From: an uncultured virus (IMG/VR IMGVR_UViG_3300050581_000203)
Lineage: Duplodnaviria > Heunggongvirae > Uroviricota > Caudoviricetes
DNA length: 64,000 nucleotides
Strand: one strand, 5' to 3'
IMG/VR virus record: IMGVR_UViG_3300050581_000203
Below are positions 27,715 to 36,720 of the stretch, one piece after another. The stretch's first letter is position 1; each line of letters starts with the position of its first letter. A program made the position numbers and the translations under genes. The notes under the pieces are model-generated. The model made no database searches and was not told the DNA's origin. It saw only the letters and a program-made list of their open reading frames with translations.

Positions 27715-27762
27715 CCAACAAAAAAGGCGCACGGTTCGAACCGCGCGCCTTTCCGCTTCTGG
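27715..27762 (-). terminator. Late leader element D: conserved motif plus terminator
   Basis: Minus strand ccagAAGCGGAAAGGCGCGCGGttcgaaCCGTGCGCC-ttttttgtt. Confidence 0.7.
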
Positions 27763-27867
27763 TGAGGGTATTGTACCGCCGGCACCTGATATCTTCGCAT
27801 TCGGCACATGGCCAGCATATAATATTTGTGTACTCACTCAATTTGGTTAGCCTCACAGGGGATTCAC

Positions 27868-28521
27868 ATGCAACTTGTGGCTATCGTCCTCGCGGTAATC
27901 GCATTAATCTCGCTTGCGATGCGCAAGAGCCTCTCGGGAATAATGTCCTATCTCGCAAACGTCGTAACCGTTCTTACAGGAGTAGGAGCAGTACTTTTGC
28001 TTCTTCTGCCTGCCTTACAGACTCCTTCTTCCAATCCGTCGGCGACTGCGTTGCCTACATCTTCCTCAAATGACCAAGTCTTGAACACAGCGGTTAGCCC
28101 AACCCAAGTAGTTGAAACCCCGTTGCCTGTACCTACAGCGACACAACAACCTATTACATCCATAGACTTTACAGTGCAAGCAACTGCGCAACGTAGCGAC
28201 ACCCGGCTAGATGTGAAGAAGGGTCAGTATGTGACCGTTGAATATATCGGGGGAAGTTGGCGTGCCGGTGATCCCAACCGATGGGCACTTGTCGGTGCAA
28301 ACGGAGACCCTGCTGTCCCACATGGTCAGAATCTTGGGTTCCCAATACCTGACGAAAATCTACTCATGCTAATTGGCGGAGTTGGAAACTCGCCCCCAAT
28401 TGCTATAGGTGTGAGAAACGAGTTCCAAAGCAACACAGATGGTGTATTGTGGTTAGGCCCCAATGATGACACCCCTGAAGACAACATTGGCAGCCTCACC
28501 GTTAGGATTAGTATTCGATAA
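27868..28521 (+). CDS. Membrane-anchored protein with a LecA/PA-IL-like lectin domain (cargo)
   Basis: 2 TM, Thr/Pro linker, VQAT...GQYVTV..GGSW...LWLGPND...DNIGSLTVRI; AT-richer DNA. Confidence 0.6.
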   Translation: MQLVAIVLAVIALISLAMRKSLSGIMSYLANVVTVLTGVGAVLLLLLPALQTPSSNPSATALPTSSSNDQVLNTAVSPTQVVETPLPVPTATQQPITSIDFTVQATAQRSDTRLDVKKGQYVTVEYIGGSWRAGDPNRWALVGANGDPAVPHGQNLGFPIPDENLLMLIGGVGNSPPIAIGVRNEFQSNTDGVLWLGPNDDTPEDNIGSLTVRISIR

Positions 28522-28559
28522 CTCGCAAATCTGGCGACAGCAATGTTAAAGGATCTGTT

Positions 28560-29477
28560 TCACTGTGGTTTTACAGATACGCTCTCAACTTCCAAGTTGG
28601 TCCAGTGTCCGGCACAGGTAGTGATTACTGCTGGGTGACCGAACGTTATGAATTCCGGGTGGTAGAGCATCATAGGTGATTCATATACGGGAGATGGATT
28701 GTTTGCTTTGTCCAGAAAGATGGAGTACTTACTGTTTGAATAGATGATAGTAAGCAAGTGCCAATCCGGGTTTGATATAGAGCCATACACAGGTTTTTCT
28801 ACAACATCGGCTGCGGATCGGAACCATATATGCATTCCCGTTGTGGCATCTTGCCATACACCCATGGTAAAACCATTCATCTCCTTTGCATTTTGCACGT
28901 CTTCTGTCTTTGACTGACTCAGTCCCACAGGCGTGTCATATGTTGTGAGCAATATCCCCACCCCGCAAGCATCTGGATTAGGGTATCGAAAACGAACCTC
29001 AAATTGGAAATCGCCATCAGCAGGAAATACTTGGCCTGTAGAGTGAATATAGGGAAAAGCACCTGTTGAGCTGCTTAGCTTAAGGCTTCCGCCGACGCTC
29101 ATTTCACCATCGCTGTTTGCACGGGTCCACTTAGATGTGTCCAAAACACTGGCTTTGAAGTCTTCGGAGAAAGGCGGAACGTCTCGAAGATTGCTAGGCG
29201 CCGTTGTGGATGTTGGTGCAAGGGGATCGGAGGGCGTCATCGTCTGGGAAGAATCATTTACCATTGCTACAGGCGTAGATTGTTGGTTACTGACAGGTGT
29301 TGTTATTTGCGCTGGCGACGTGGGTGAATTGTTTATGCCGATCAGTTTGAGAAGATCTTCCAACTTCATTATCCCGGTTACGAATGTAAATATACCGATG
29401 ATTGAAGCTAGGAGACCGATATAGATAATCAACTGACTACAACCTGTGCCGGACACTGTCTTATTGGTGTTTGACAT
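28560..29477 (-). CDS. Membrane-anchored protein with a ConA/LamG-like beta-sandwich (cargo)
   Basis: N-terminal TM, Ser/Thr/Pro linker, FSEDF...WHLLTI...YSIFLD. Confidence 0.6.
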   Translation of the reverse strand: MSNTNKTVSGTGCSQLIIYIGLLASIIGIFTFVTGIMKLEDLLKLIGINNSPTSPAQITTPVSNQQSTPVAMVNDSSQTMTPSDPLAPTSTTAPSNLRDVPPFSEDFKASVLDTSKWTRANSDGEMSVGGSLKLSSSTGAFPYIHSTGQVFPADGDFQFEVRFRYPNPDACGVGILLTTYDTPVGLSQSKTEDVQNAKEMNGFTMGVWQDATTGMHIWFRSAADVVEKPVYGSISNPDWHLLTIIYSNSKYSIFLDKANNPSPVYESPMMLYHPEFITFGHPAVITTCAGHWTNLEVESVSVKPQ

Positions 29478-29579
29478 TGTGCTCCAAGGTACTAATTCCT
29501 CAAGTGCGCGCATATAGGCATACAGTTTGGTCTTCTACTGGTAGACAAGCGCAACTGCTTGGTAAGAACTGGGCTGGCT

Positions 29580-30233
29580 TTATCCACATCCGGTGAAGCT
29601 CACGCCATCAAGATATTGCCACCTAACGGGGTTGTACCCCTGGATGCTCCAACTTAAGATACGATTGTCCGGATCGTTAATATAGGCTGTCGTAAGGTCG
29701 CCGTCTGTCGTGTTGCCCTCACAGACCACCCAATTTCTCTGCCCGCGCGTTTCGTTTCCAAGTTGGCTGCTGACTGCCGGATATGTGTCTTGAATATCTC
29801 CACCGTAGTTTTGCCAGCGACCACCCTTGAATAAGACAAATGATTGTCCTCGATCCTGCAACCAAACTATCATGCCATTCTGATATTGGGTCATTGACGC
29901 TACCGACCGACGAAATGCAAATAGTGTTTCCGCAGGATGAGGCGAAAAGAACCAAGTGGTGCCATCGTTCATCGGACGTGGAGTTGGCGTAGAAGAAGAA
30001 TAGTTGTTATCCGCTGTAGGCGATGGTCGTGTGGTTGGCGGTGGCGGGTTGGCCAAGGCGATTGGCACTATCGTTGCTACTGGCTCAACAGGTGGGAACA
30101 TATTAACGATGTCACTGACTTTGAATATCCCTGTTGCAAACGAGAAGATGGTAAGTGCCGAGGCTATCACCGCAATTAATTCAAAAAAAGTTTTAATCGC
30201 GCTTCTTCTAGTGGGCTGTCCTGGTGACGACAT
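29580..30233 (-). CDS. Membrane-anchored hypothetical protein (cargo)
   Basis: N-terminal TM similar to its neighbour (TIFSFATGI versus GIFTFVTGI); Pro/Thr linker. Confidence 0.6.
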   Translation of the reverse strand: MSSPGQPTRRSAIKTFFELIAVIASALTIFSFATGIFKVSDIVNMFPPVEPVATIVPIALANPPPPTTRPSPTADNNYSSSTPTPRPMNDGTTWFFSPHPAETLFAFRRSVASMTQYQNGMIVWLQDRGQSFVLFKGGRWQNYGGDIQDTYPAVSSQLGNETRGQRNWVVCEGNTTDGDLTTAYINDPDNRILSWSIQGYNPVRWQYLDGVSFTGCG

Positions 30234-30290
30234 TGTGACCTATCCTTGAGCTAATAAGTTGTTGATCGATCAATCCAGTAAATACATATC

Positions 30291-31286
30291 TCAGCCATTG
30301 CAAGCGCACCCCGGCGGCTGATGGCATGTCTTCGAAGCCGAAATGCAACTGTTCCCGCAAGCGATGCCCTTGGTGCATATCTTGCAGCAGGCTCTTGGCG
30401 CGCTTGGGGCACTCGTTGGTAGGGAACCAATTGATATAGACAAGGCAGTTGAGGTCGCGTACAACGCCTGAAGGGTAGCATCTGCTGCTTGGGCCTCGGC
30501 ATTGAAAGAAGGTGAAGGTGTCGCTGTGGCCTGCACAACGAACGTGGCTGGGAAGGTGGGCACGGCCACAACCATCACCTGGCTTGTGTCACCTTGCACC
30601 GGCGCGACACTGGCGTTTACCCAGGCAATCTTGCCGTTGTATAGAATCTGCCACCATTGCCCATCATCTGTCTTGCCGGTAATGGAAGCGGAATCTCCCG
30701 GCCCGAGCGTCCCAAGCGCTCCGTAATTCGTGCTCGGCCCGCTGCGGACGTTGATCGGCGTATCGCCGGCGGCCATCGAGACAACCGGTCCGCTGGGCGT
30801 TGGCGCGCTCGTAGACGTCGGCTCTGGCGCTTGTGTGCTATCGGCATAAATCGTCACGACGATTTCCGGCGCGGCCTGTTGCGTCAACTGGATGGGCTCA
30901 AGACTGCGCGCCTGACCCGACGTAGCCGCTACTGTTGAAGTGGACTTTGTGCCGTCGCCACCGCCGCGTATCAGGCTCGACATGCAAGCGAGGACGATAA
31001 GCCCAACGATGATCGCCGAAGCGTAGGACAGGCATCCCTTGGGCTTCGTCGTGGTAGAAGTTGCTTTAGGCGGCAGCCCGCTCAGCCCGACCGAGTCGAT
31101 GTGGTGCCAACGAGATTCCTTCACGTAGCTGATCCCCGTTCCAGGGATGCTTGACGTGACACGCGTTCCGCGCGGGCCGACGCCCACACGAAAGCCTTTA
31201 ACGCCGGCGCTTACCCCAACGCCGCTTTTACTGAAGTTAATGCGGAATGGCCCAGCTTTGATGGACCTGTGAAAGCGCCACCCCAT
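30291..31286 (-). CDS. DUF4236 + TM + SH3 + Cys-rich C-terminal domain protein
   Basis: MGWRFHRSIKAGPFRINFSKSGVG; NVRSGPSTNY...WWQI...WV; CCKICTKGIACGNSCIS...C...GCAC. Confidence 0.8.
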   Translation of the reverse strand: MGWRFHRSIKAGPFRINFSKSGVGVSAGVKGFRVGVGPRGTRVTSSIPGTGISYVKESRWHHIDSVGLSGLPPKATSTTTKPKGCLSYASAIIVGLIVLACMSSLIRGGGDGTKSTSTVAATSGQARSLEPIQLTQQAAPEIVVTIYADSTQAPEPTSTSAPTPSGPVVSMAAGDTPINVRSGPSTNYGALGTLGPGDSASITGKTDDGQWWQILYNGKIAWVNASVAPVQGDTSQVMVVAVPTFPATFVVQATATPSPSFNAEAQAADATLQALYATSTALSISIGSLPTSAPSAPRACCKICTKGIACGNSCISASKTCHQPPGCACNG

Positions 31287-31372
31287 AGTACCCCCTCCTG
31301 GTCCTATGACGCTAGCTAACTCAGTGATTGCCCGATAGAACTAATTTTAGTCCCGTTATCGGGCCGGACACC

Positions 31373-32200
31373 TCACTGCGAGGTATCCGTGGGGGTGGTC
31401 TCCTGGGCGCCCATCTTATCGATGACCTGGCGCAACTGTTCCGTCATCTCATTCCGGATCGACTGTAATTTGCTCGCATCAACGCCGTATTGGCTGGCCA
31501 GGACAGGCACGACGAGCTGTTCCATCTGGTTGATCTGGTCCAGCACCGGCACGAGTTCGGCATGCACGTCGGAGGGCTGAATTTCCTTGTTGGCCCACTT
31601 GCTGACCACCTCTTTTAGCATCGGAGGAATCGTTTTGCCCTTCTCCCAGGCAGGTTGAAGCTCATCAAGCGGCGGGGGCTCATTCAACAGCGACTCGGTG
31701 CCCGATATGAATACCCCCATCGCGATAAGCGTTCCCAGTTGCTGGAAGCCTGTTAGCGTCCCCAACTGCTGCCGATTCGCGATCTCTTCCATCATCGCTT
31801 CCGATGCGTATAACAACGCGACCGGCGCATAGGCTTTGGAGATGACATCCGTCGCCGCGATGGCCGCGCCGGTGTCGGGGACCTGAGCGGCCGTAACAGT
31901 TGCCTGTTCTGTCGGCATGACGGCCGCCGCAGTCACCTGCGGGCAGACCATCCACGTGGACACGCCGCCATGCTCCGCGCACACAGTATCGTCAGAGCCA
32001 TCCACGATGGCCGAGTCGCCGCAGATGGCGCGATATTTTGCTCCCGCGACAAGGTTCGCGCAGGCGCCGTCGTTAGATTCGATGACCTTCGAAGAAGCAC
32101 TTACCGCCGGCGTCGAGGTGGATGCCGCCGATGAGCCACAAGCCGTCATCAGGAGCAAGAAAATAGCCAGGACGCAAGCGGGTTTAGAACGATCTGCCAT
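31373..32200 (-). CDS. Lipoprotein (cargo)
   Basis: Lipobox MTA-C; AICGD...CAEHGGV motif. Confidence 0.7.
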   Translation of the reverse strand: MADRSKPACVLAIFLLLMTACGSSAASTSTPAVSASSKVIESNDGACANLVAGAKYRAICGDSAIVDGSDDTVCAEHGGVSTWMVCPQVTAAAVMPTEQATVTAAQVPDTGAAIAATDVISKAYAPVALLYASEAMMEEIANRQQLGTLTGFQQLGTLIAMGVFISGTESLLNEPPPLDELQPAWEKGKTIPPMLKEVVSKWANKEIQPSDVHAELVPVLDQINQMEQLVVPVLASQYGVDASKLQSIRNEMTEQLRQVIDKMGAQETTPTDTSQ

Positions 32201-32259
32201 GATACCCTCCCTATCACGTTGATATGCGCTTTAGTCTACGCCGAAAGTGGGAATCGTTT

Positions 32260-32706
32260 CTAGTGATCCTTTCGGGGGATCTCGCCCTCCTCCACCCACA
32301 CATACATCCGGCCTTCCTTGCGGATGACGCCCTCTTTCGCGAGCCGGCGCTGGGCGCGGCTGTGCAAATCGGCGGAGTGATTCGCCCACGGGCACCCGGC
32401 AAAGAAGCGCTCGCGGTCGAGGATGCGCTTCTCCTTCATCCACGCCACGGCCAGGTCGATCTTGCGCGCCGGCTTCTCGTGCCGTGAGCCGTCCTTCAAA
32501 TAGAATGCCAGCCGCACGTGTCCGTTAGACAAATGCTCGATTCGTCCGGCGGACAGATTGTTGCGCTCGTACTCCTGGCGAAGCACCTCCATCAGCACGC
32601 GCGGCGAGATGTCCGTTAGACAAATGGCGTTGGTCCGTCCGTCCGGCCGGTTCTGGTCCGCCGAACGGGCCTGTGGGCGCATGGGTGTCGGTAGGGGAGC
32701 GCTCAT
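32260..32706 (-). CDS. Hypothetical phage protein
   Basis: Start MSAPLPTP coupled to the upstream stop; last gene of the leftward early operon. Confidence 0.5.
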   Translation of the reverse strand: MSAPLPTPMRPQARSADQNRPDGRTNAICLTDISPRVLMEVLRQEYERNNLSAGRIEHLSNGHVRLAFYLKDGSRHEKPARKIDLAVAWMKEKRILDRERFFAGCPWANHSADLHSRAQRRLAKEGVIRKEGRMYVWVEEGEIPRKDH

Positions 32707-33308
32707 TCGTCCGACGCTCCCTGTAACATGCGCTCCACTTGTTCGCGCGTGACGCCCTCGCGCCAGCGCCACCCGTTGCCGTCGCGCTGCAAAATATCGC
32801 CCGGCAGCGAGGCGAGAAACCAGGTCGCTTGCGTGTAGCCGTCGTTGCCTCCGCTCCATTTCGTGCGGCTCGGTTTGGGCCAGCCGATCTCCACCAGTTG
32901 ATCGACCAGGCGCTTGTCGCAGCTCAACGTCACGCGCCGGCCGTCGTCGTCGAAGTAGTCGCACGTGTAATTGGACGGCTTGGGGAGCAGTTGCTCGGGG
33001 GCGATGCGATAGCTGTGCGGCGCTTCCTCCACGTAGTCGTCGTCCACCCACGTATCCCTGATCGCGCCGCGGCCGAGTCGTGCGTCGAGCACGCGCGAAA
33101 AGACGCGCCACATCACCCACATGCCGGCGGCGAACAGCCCCACCCCAATCAGGAGGTACAGGCTCAGCGTGAACGAGTCGATCTCCTTGGCGTCGTCGAT
33201 CAGCTTGGTGAGCAGGAACAGCACGGCGCATGCGATCAGCGCGCCAGAGGCGAGTCGCTTGGCGAACCACACCAGGAACTCGTGATCGTTATTGCCGCTT
33301 TCGGTCAT
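32703..33308 (-). CDS. 2-TM membrane protein with a cytoplasmic domain
   Basis: Two hydrophobic helices in the N-terminal third. Confidence 0.6.
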   Translation of the reverse strand: MTESGNNDHEFLVWFAKRLASGALIACAVLFLLTKLIDDAKEIDSFTLSLYLLIGVGLFAAGMWVMWRVFSRVLDARLGRGAIRDTWVDDDYVEEAPHSYRIAPEQLLPKPSNYTCDYFDDDGRRVTLSCDKRLVDQLVEIGWPKPSRTKWSGGNDGYTQATWFLASLPGDILQRDGNGWRWREGVTREQVERMLQGASDE

Positions 33309-33393
33309 TTGTCACCCACAGGAAAGCGCCCAGCAGGGCGAAGGCGATACACACGATGACGAAGCCGGCGCCGGCCCAGTCGATGTTTGGCAT
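33289..33393 (-). CDS. Small single-TM peptide (34 aa)
   Basis: MPNIDWAGAGFVIVCIAFALLGAFLWVTNDRKRQ*; TGATG-coupled. Confidence 0.45.
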   Translation of the reverse strand: MPNIDWAGAGFVIVCIAFALLGAFLWVTNDRKRQ

Positions 33394-33878
33394 CAGGAAA
33401 GCCTCTTCAGTTCGTCATCTACGTCAACGCCGACGGCGCGCAATGCCGCAATGCATTGCTGGAGAGGCGAGGAATCGATTAGCTTGAACATTTCGTTCAT
33501 GTCAACGTCAGCCCCGCCGTTCCTATCGTACTCAATCAACCCATCGCAAACACTCATTTCAACCCGGTCAGCAAAACTCTCGTGCTTCCCCATCTCGCGC
33601 AACCTCTTGCGTAGCTCAGCACAAGCGTTGTGGTCGGTCGTATAGTGCTCGAACTCTGGAAAATGAAAACTGTCAAAGTATCGTCCCGTGATGAAATTTA
33701 TCCGGGTTGTTTTGCCTGGTTTCCAGATAACCTGGGATTCCGTTTTATCCTGATACATCAACGGCGGCATTAACACACATGTGCCTGTGCCCCTTGCTGT
33801 GGCCCAAGCCCACCCAAAGAATTGCTCTGCGATCAGCGCGTCGATGTGTCGTAGCTGCTGTTCTGTGTACTGCATCAT
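33393..33878 (-). CDS. Phage ABA-sandwich-like domain protein
   Basis: IDALIAEQFFGW...YTTDHNAC...PLQQCIAALRA. Confidence 0.6.
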   Translation of the reverse strand: MMQYTEQQLRHIDALIAEQFFGWAWATARGTGTCVLMPPLMYQDKTESQVIWKPGKTTRINFITGRYFDSFHFPEFEHYTTDHNACAELRKRLREMGKHESFADRVEMSVCDGLIEYDRNGGADVDMNEMFKLIDSSPLQQCIAALRAVGVDVDDELKRLS

Positions 33879-33891
33879 TTCCCTCCCAACG

Positions 33892-34941
33892 TCACGCATC
33901 GGATGCGTCTTCGTCGATCAACTCAATATGCCCGTTGCGCCGTAGCTGCCCGCTTGCCTCCAGGCGCTTCAGCTTTTGCGCAACCGCTTGCCGGCTGATC
34001 TTCAAGGCTTGCGCCCATTCGGTTATGCTCCCGTGCGGGTTGTCGCGCATGACGTCTTGTAGCGTCAACGCCTTGCGTCCTGGTGCATCGACGAGACGGA
34101 GGGAGTCGGCTTGCGCTCGCCGTGGTGGGTCTTGCGATGCCCAGGTGTTGTCAATGATCGACTGAATTTGAGCATCGTTCAGGTCAAACCATTCCCCGCG
34201 TATGCGCAAGGCGCGAAAATGGCGGTGCAAGGCTATCTCTCTTGCGGCTGGGTCTGACACATGCTCTGCATGAACCAATTCCAGATGCAGGGGCGATGCG
34301 GTTCTAAGTGTAGAAAAGCGCTTGTTGACATCGACAGCAATCCCGATCTTGCATTGCCCCATCTCAGCCCGCACGATATAGACATATCCACCATCCTCGA
34401 AACGCTCTGTCGGTGACTGGATTGCCGGGATGGCAGATTTGATCGTCCTCTCAACCACTTCTGACAATTCCCGCCCCAATGTTGACGCTGCCGGGGCTTC
34501 GCTGTACTGCAATTTCACCTTGTCCGCAAGGCCGCTTGCGCCCATGACCAAGAACGGCGCAACCGTCACGCAACCCGACCATAGCCAGAGCCACGGCCCC
34601 GGCATCACTTCCGGCAACGTTGCGCCCAACGTTGTCGCCTGCAAGGTGGGCATTACCGCCCCGCTCAACGTCACGAACATGGCGATGATCAGGGCAAGCA
34701 ACACGTTGCGCTCGGCGCTGGCCGGGGCCTTGCTCCAGGCGTTCCAGCAGAAGAACACGGCAAACCCTTCGAGGATTGCCATGCCCAGGCCCGATAGGGC
34801 GTTGAACCACGCCCAGGCAAGGCCGGTGATGCGGAATTGCTCGGTAAACGCAAACACGGTCACGTAGCGCGACGCGGCGACAATGGTTGCCCCCAGCATG
34901 AGCAATAGCACCGGGTTATCGCGCAATCGGCTTAGATTCAT
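33892..34941 (-). CDS. 4-TM membrane protein fused to a T5orf172/GIY-YIG nuclease-like domain and a C-terminal HTH
   Basis: GYVYIV...KIGIA...RF..L.TASP...E..LHRHF...RGEWF; SITEWAQALKISRQAV. Confidence 0.75.
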   Translation of the reverse strand: MNLSRLRDNPVLLLMLGATIVAASRYVTVFAFTEQFRITGLAWAWFNALSGLGMAILEGFAVFFCWNAWSKAPASAERNVLLALIIAMFVTLSGAVMPTLQATTLGATLPEVMPGPWLWLWSGCVTVAPFLVMGASGLADKVKLQYSEAPAASTLGRELSEVVERTIKSAIPAIQSPTERFEDGGYVYIVRAEMGQCKIGIAVDVNKRFSTLRTASPLHLELVHAEHVSDPAAREIALHRHFRALRIRGEWFDLNDAQIQSIIDNTWASQDPPRRAQADSLRLVDAPGRKALTLQDVMRDNPHGSITEWAQALKISRQAVAQKLKRLEASGQLRRNGHIELIDEDASDA

Positions 34942-35329
34942 CTTGCCCTCCCTTGTAAACATCAAGCGGATATTCAACCTCTGCCGGCGTGAACAGCGGC
35001 AGCTTGTCTTGCGTGCCGCCGATCTGCGTGGCCCACGCGTAGCCCAGCCAGTGACGTGACTCGTGTCGAACGTCCACCGGCTCCGGCATCCCCCCCAACA
35101 CAACGCTGGCACGCTTGGCGTCGCGCCGCACGGTCTCCACCTCTTGCGCGGATGGCAACACGCCGTCGCGCAACACCTGGAAGCGCCCATTGACGCCGTC
35201 TGCGCAATGCCAGGTGAGATACAGCCCGCGCGGCAGCCGGCAGCGCGAAGCCGGATGGCTCACCAGGTCGCGGATGATGTCGCGCAGGCGCCGGCCGGCG
35301 GGGATGACGATGGCGACGTCGGTGGTCAT
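34916..35329 (-). CDS. Hypothetical phage protein
   Basis: Start MTTDVAIV coupled to the upstream stop. Confidence 0.5.
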   Translation of the reverse strand: MTTDVAIVIPAGRRLRDIIRDLVSHPASRCRLPRGLYLTWHCADGVNGRFQVLRDGVLPSAQEVETVRRDAKRASVVLGGMPEPVDVRHESRHWLGYAWATQIGGTQDKLPLFTPAEVEYPLDVYKGGQDESKPIAR

Positions 35330-35583
35330 AGCGCATCGTCCAATGCGGCACGGATCGCATCGTCCGGCACCGCGAACATTTGCGCGTCGTGCCCCACCCA
35401 GCCGTCCGACACCGGCAGCCGCTGGATCAAATCGGCATACGCGATCGCGTTCGCCTCCGCGCCGGATTCCGCGATCAAGATCATCGGCGTGCAGGCGATC
35501 TCCAGGCTGGCATCGACGAACAGCCGCCGGCGCTTCTCTGTCTCGCGCCGGGCGATGATGTAGCCGGTGAAGAGCTTGCTCAT
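35326..35583 (-). CDS. Hypothetical phage protein
   Basis: ATGA-coupled 85-aa ORF. Confidence 0.55.
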   Translation of the reverse strand: MSKLFTGYIIARRETEKRRRLFVDASLEIACTPMILIAESGAEANAIAYADLIQRLPVSDGWVGHDAQMFAVPDDAIRAALDDAL

Positions 35584-35885
35584 CGGTAATATCTCCAGTC
35601 AGCATCATCAGGTCGCGCCATCATCTGCGTGCCAGTGTTGTGCCCGCGCGCCCGTTCGACGTACCAGCGCTCGGTCTCGCTCATGTACGCCGGATCGGAG
35701 CGCCGGCGGTTCTGTGTCATGATGATGTAGGTGCACAGCGCTGTGCACGGCGCGGCCACCAGCACGCCAACGGCCGCGCCGGTAAGTATCGTGATCACGT
35801 CCGCCGGCACCAGCCAATTCACGATGTAAGTCGTCAGAACGATCATGATGATGGCGACGCAGCCGAGAATGATTTGCTTGAACAC
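35580..35885 (-). CDS. 2-TM membrane protein
   Basis: Hydrophobic N-terminal half; GGAGG RBS. Confidence 0.6.
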   Translation of the reverse strand: MFKQIILGCVAIIMIVLTTYIVNWLVPADVITILTGAAVGVLVAAPCTALCTYIIMTQNRRRSDPAYMSETERWYVERARGHNTGTQMMARPDDADWRYYR

Positions 35886-35898
35886 GTTACCTCCCTTA

Positions 35899-36720
35899 CT
35901 ACGCCTCTTGGCGCTGGCGATAGTCCGGCGCGTCGTTCATGATGACGACGCTCAGTTCCGTGTCGGACCAGCGCGACACCACGCGCGGATCGAATTCCGA
36001 TTTGTCGAAGGGGTCCAGGTTCGTCACGAAGACGGTGGGCAGCCGATTGCGATAGCGGAAGTCGACGATCTCGAATAAGACGCCTTCGCTCCACTCCGAC
36101 ACTCGCTCGGCGTGGACGTCGTCGAGGAGAAGCACCGGCGCGGACTGGTACTTGCTCAGGCGCTGGCCATACGTCTGGTTCACGCTGTGCGCAAAGTCGT
36201 CGTCCATCAGATCTTTCAGACTCTTGGTCAGGTCGGGCATGCTGACGAACACGCACGTGCGCGCATGTTCGCGGAGGGTGTTCGCGACGGCGGCGCAAAG
36301 ATGGCTTTTGCCGTTCCCGCTTGGTCCGCACAAAACCAGCCAACCGTCCGGCGCATTCGCGAACGCCTGGGCCGCGTCGCGGCAGAGCGCCAGGCTGGCG
36401 ATTGATTCGCCCGTGGGCGCCGTGTTGAAGTTCGCAAACGTCTGTTCGCGTGCGCGGCCGGTGGCGCTGGAATACGCATCCAACGACTTTGCGGCGCGTT
36501 GTGCGGCAACGCCGCAATCGGGGCACTGGACGATGCCGTGATCGGTGAGTAGATAGCGTTGGTTGTTGCAAGTTGTACACACCGGCCCGCCATCGATTGG
36601 GGGCCTGGTAAGCGCAACGCCGGCGGCCAGATTCACTCCCATGCGCTGCGCGGTCGCCATGATCCTGGCCTTTACCGCGTCGGATTCGTCTTGCCAACGT
36701 GCAGCGGCTGAACCATTCAT
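35899..36720 (-). CDS. DnaC/IstB-like helicase-loader ATPase
   Basis: CxxC...CxxC, GPSGNGKSHL, LLLDDV, RYRNRLPTVFVTN, RVVSR. Confidence 0.9.
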   Translation of the reverse strand: MNGSAAARWQDESDAVKARIMATAQRMGVNLAAGVALTRPPIDGGPVCTTCNNQRYLLTDHGIVQCPDCGVAAQRAAKSLDAYSSATGRAREQTFANFNTAPTGESIASLALCRDAAQAFANAPDGWLVLCGPSGNGKSHLCAAVANTLREHARTCVFVSMPDLTKSLKDLMDDDFAHSVNQTYGQRLSKYQSAPVLLLDDVHAERVSEWSEGVLFEIVDFRYRNRLPTVFVTNLDPFDKSEFDPRVVSRWSDTELSVVIMNDAPDYRQRQEA

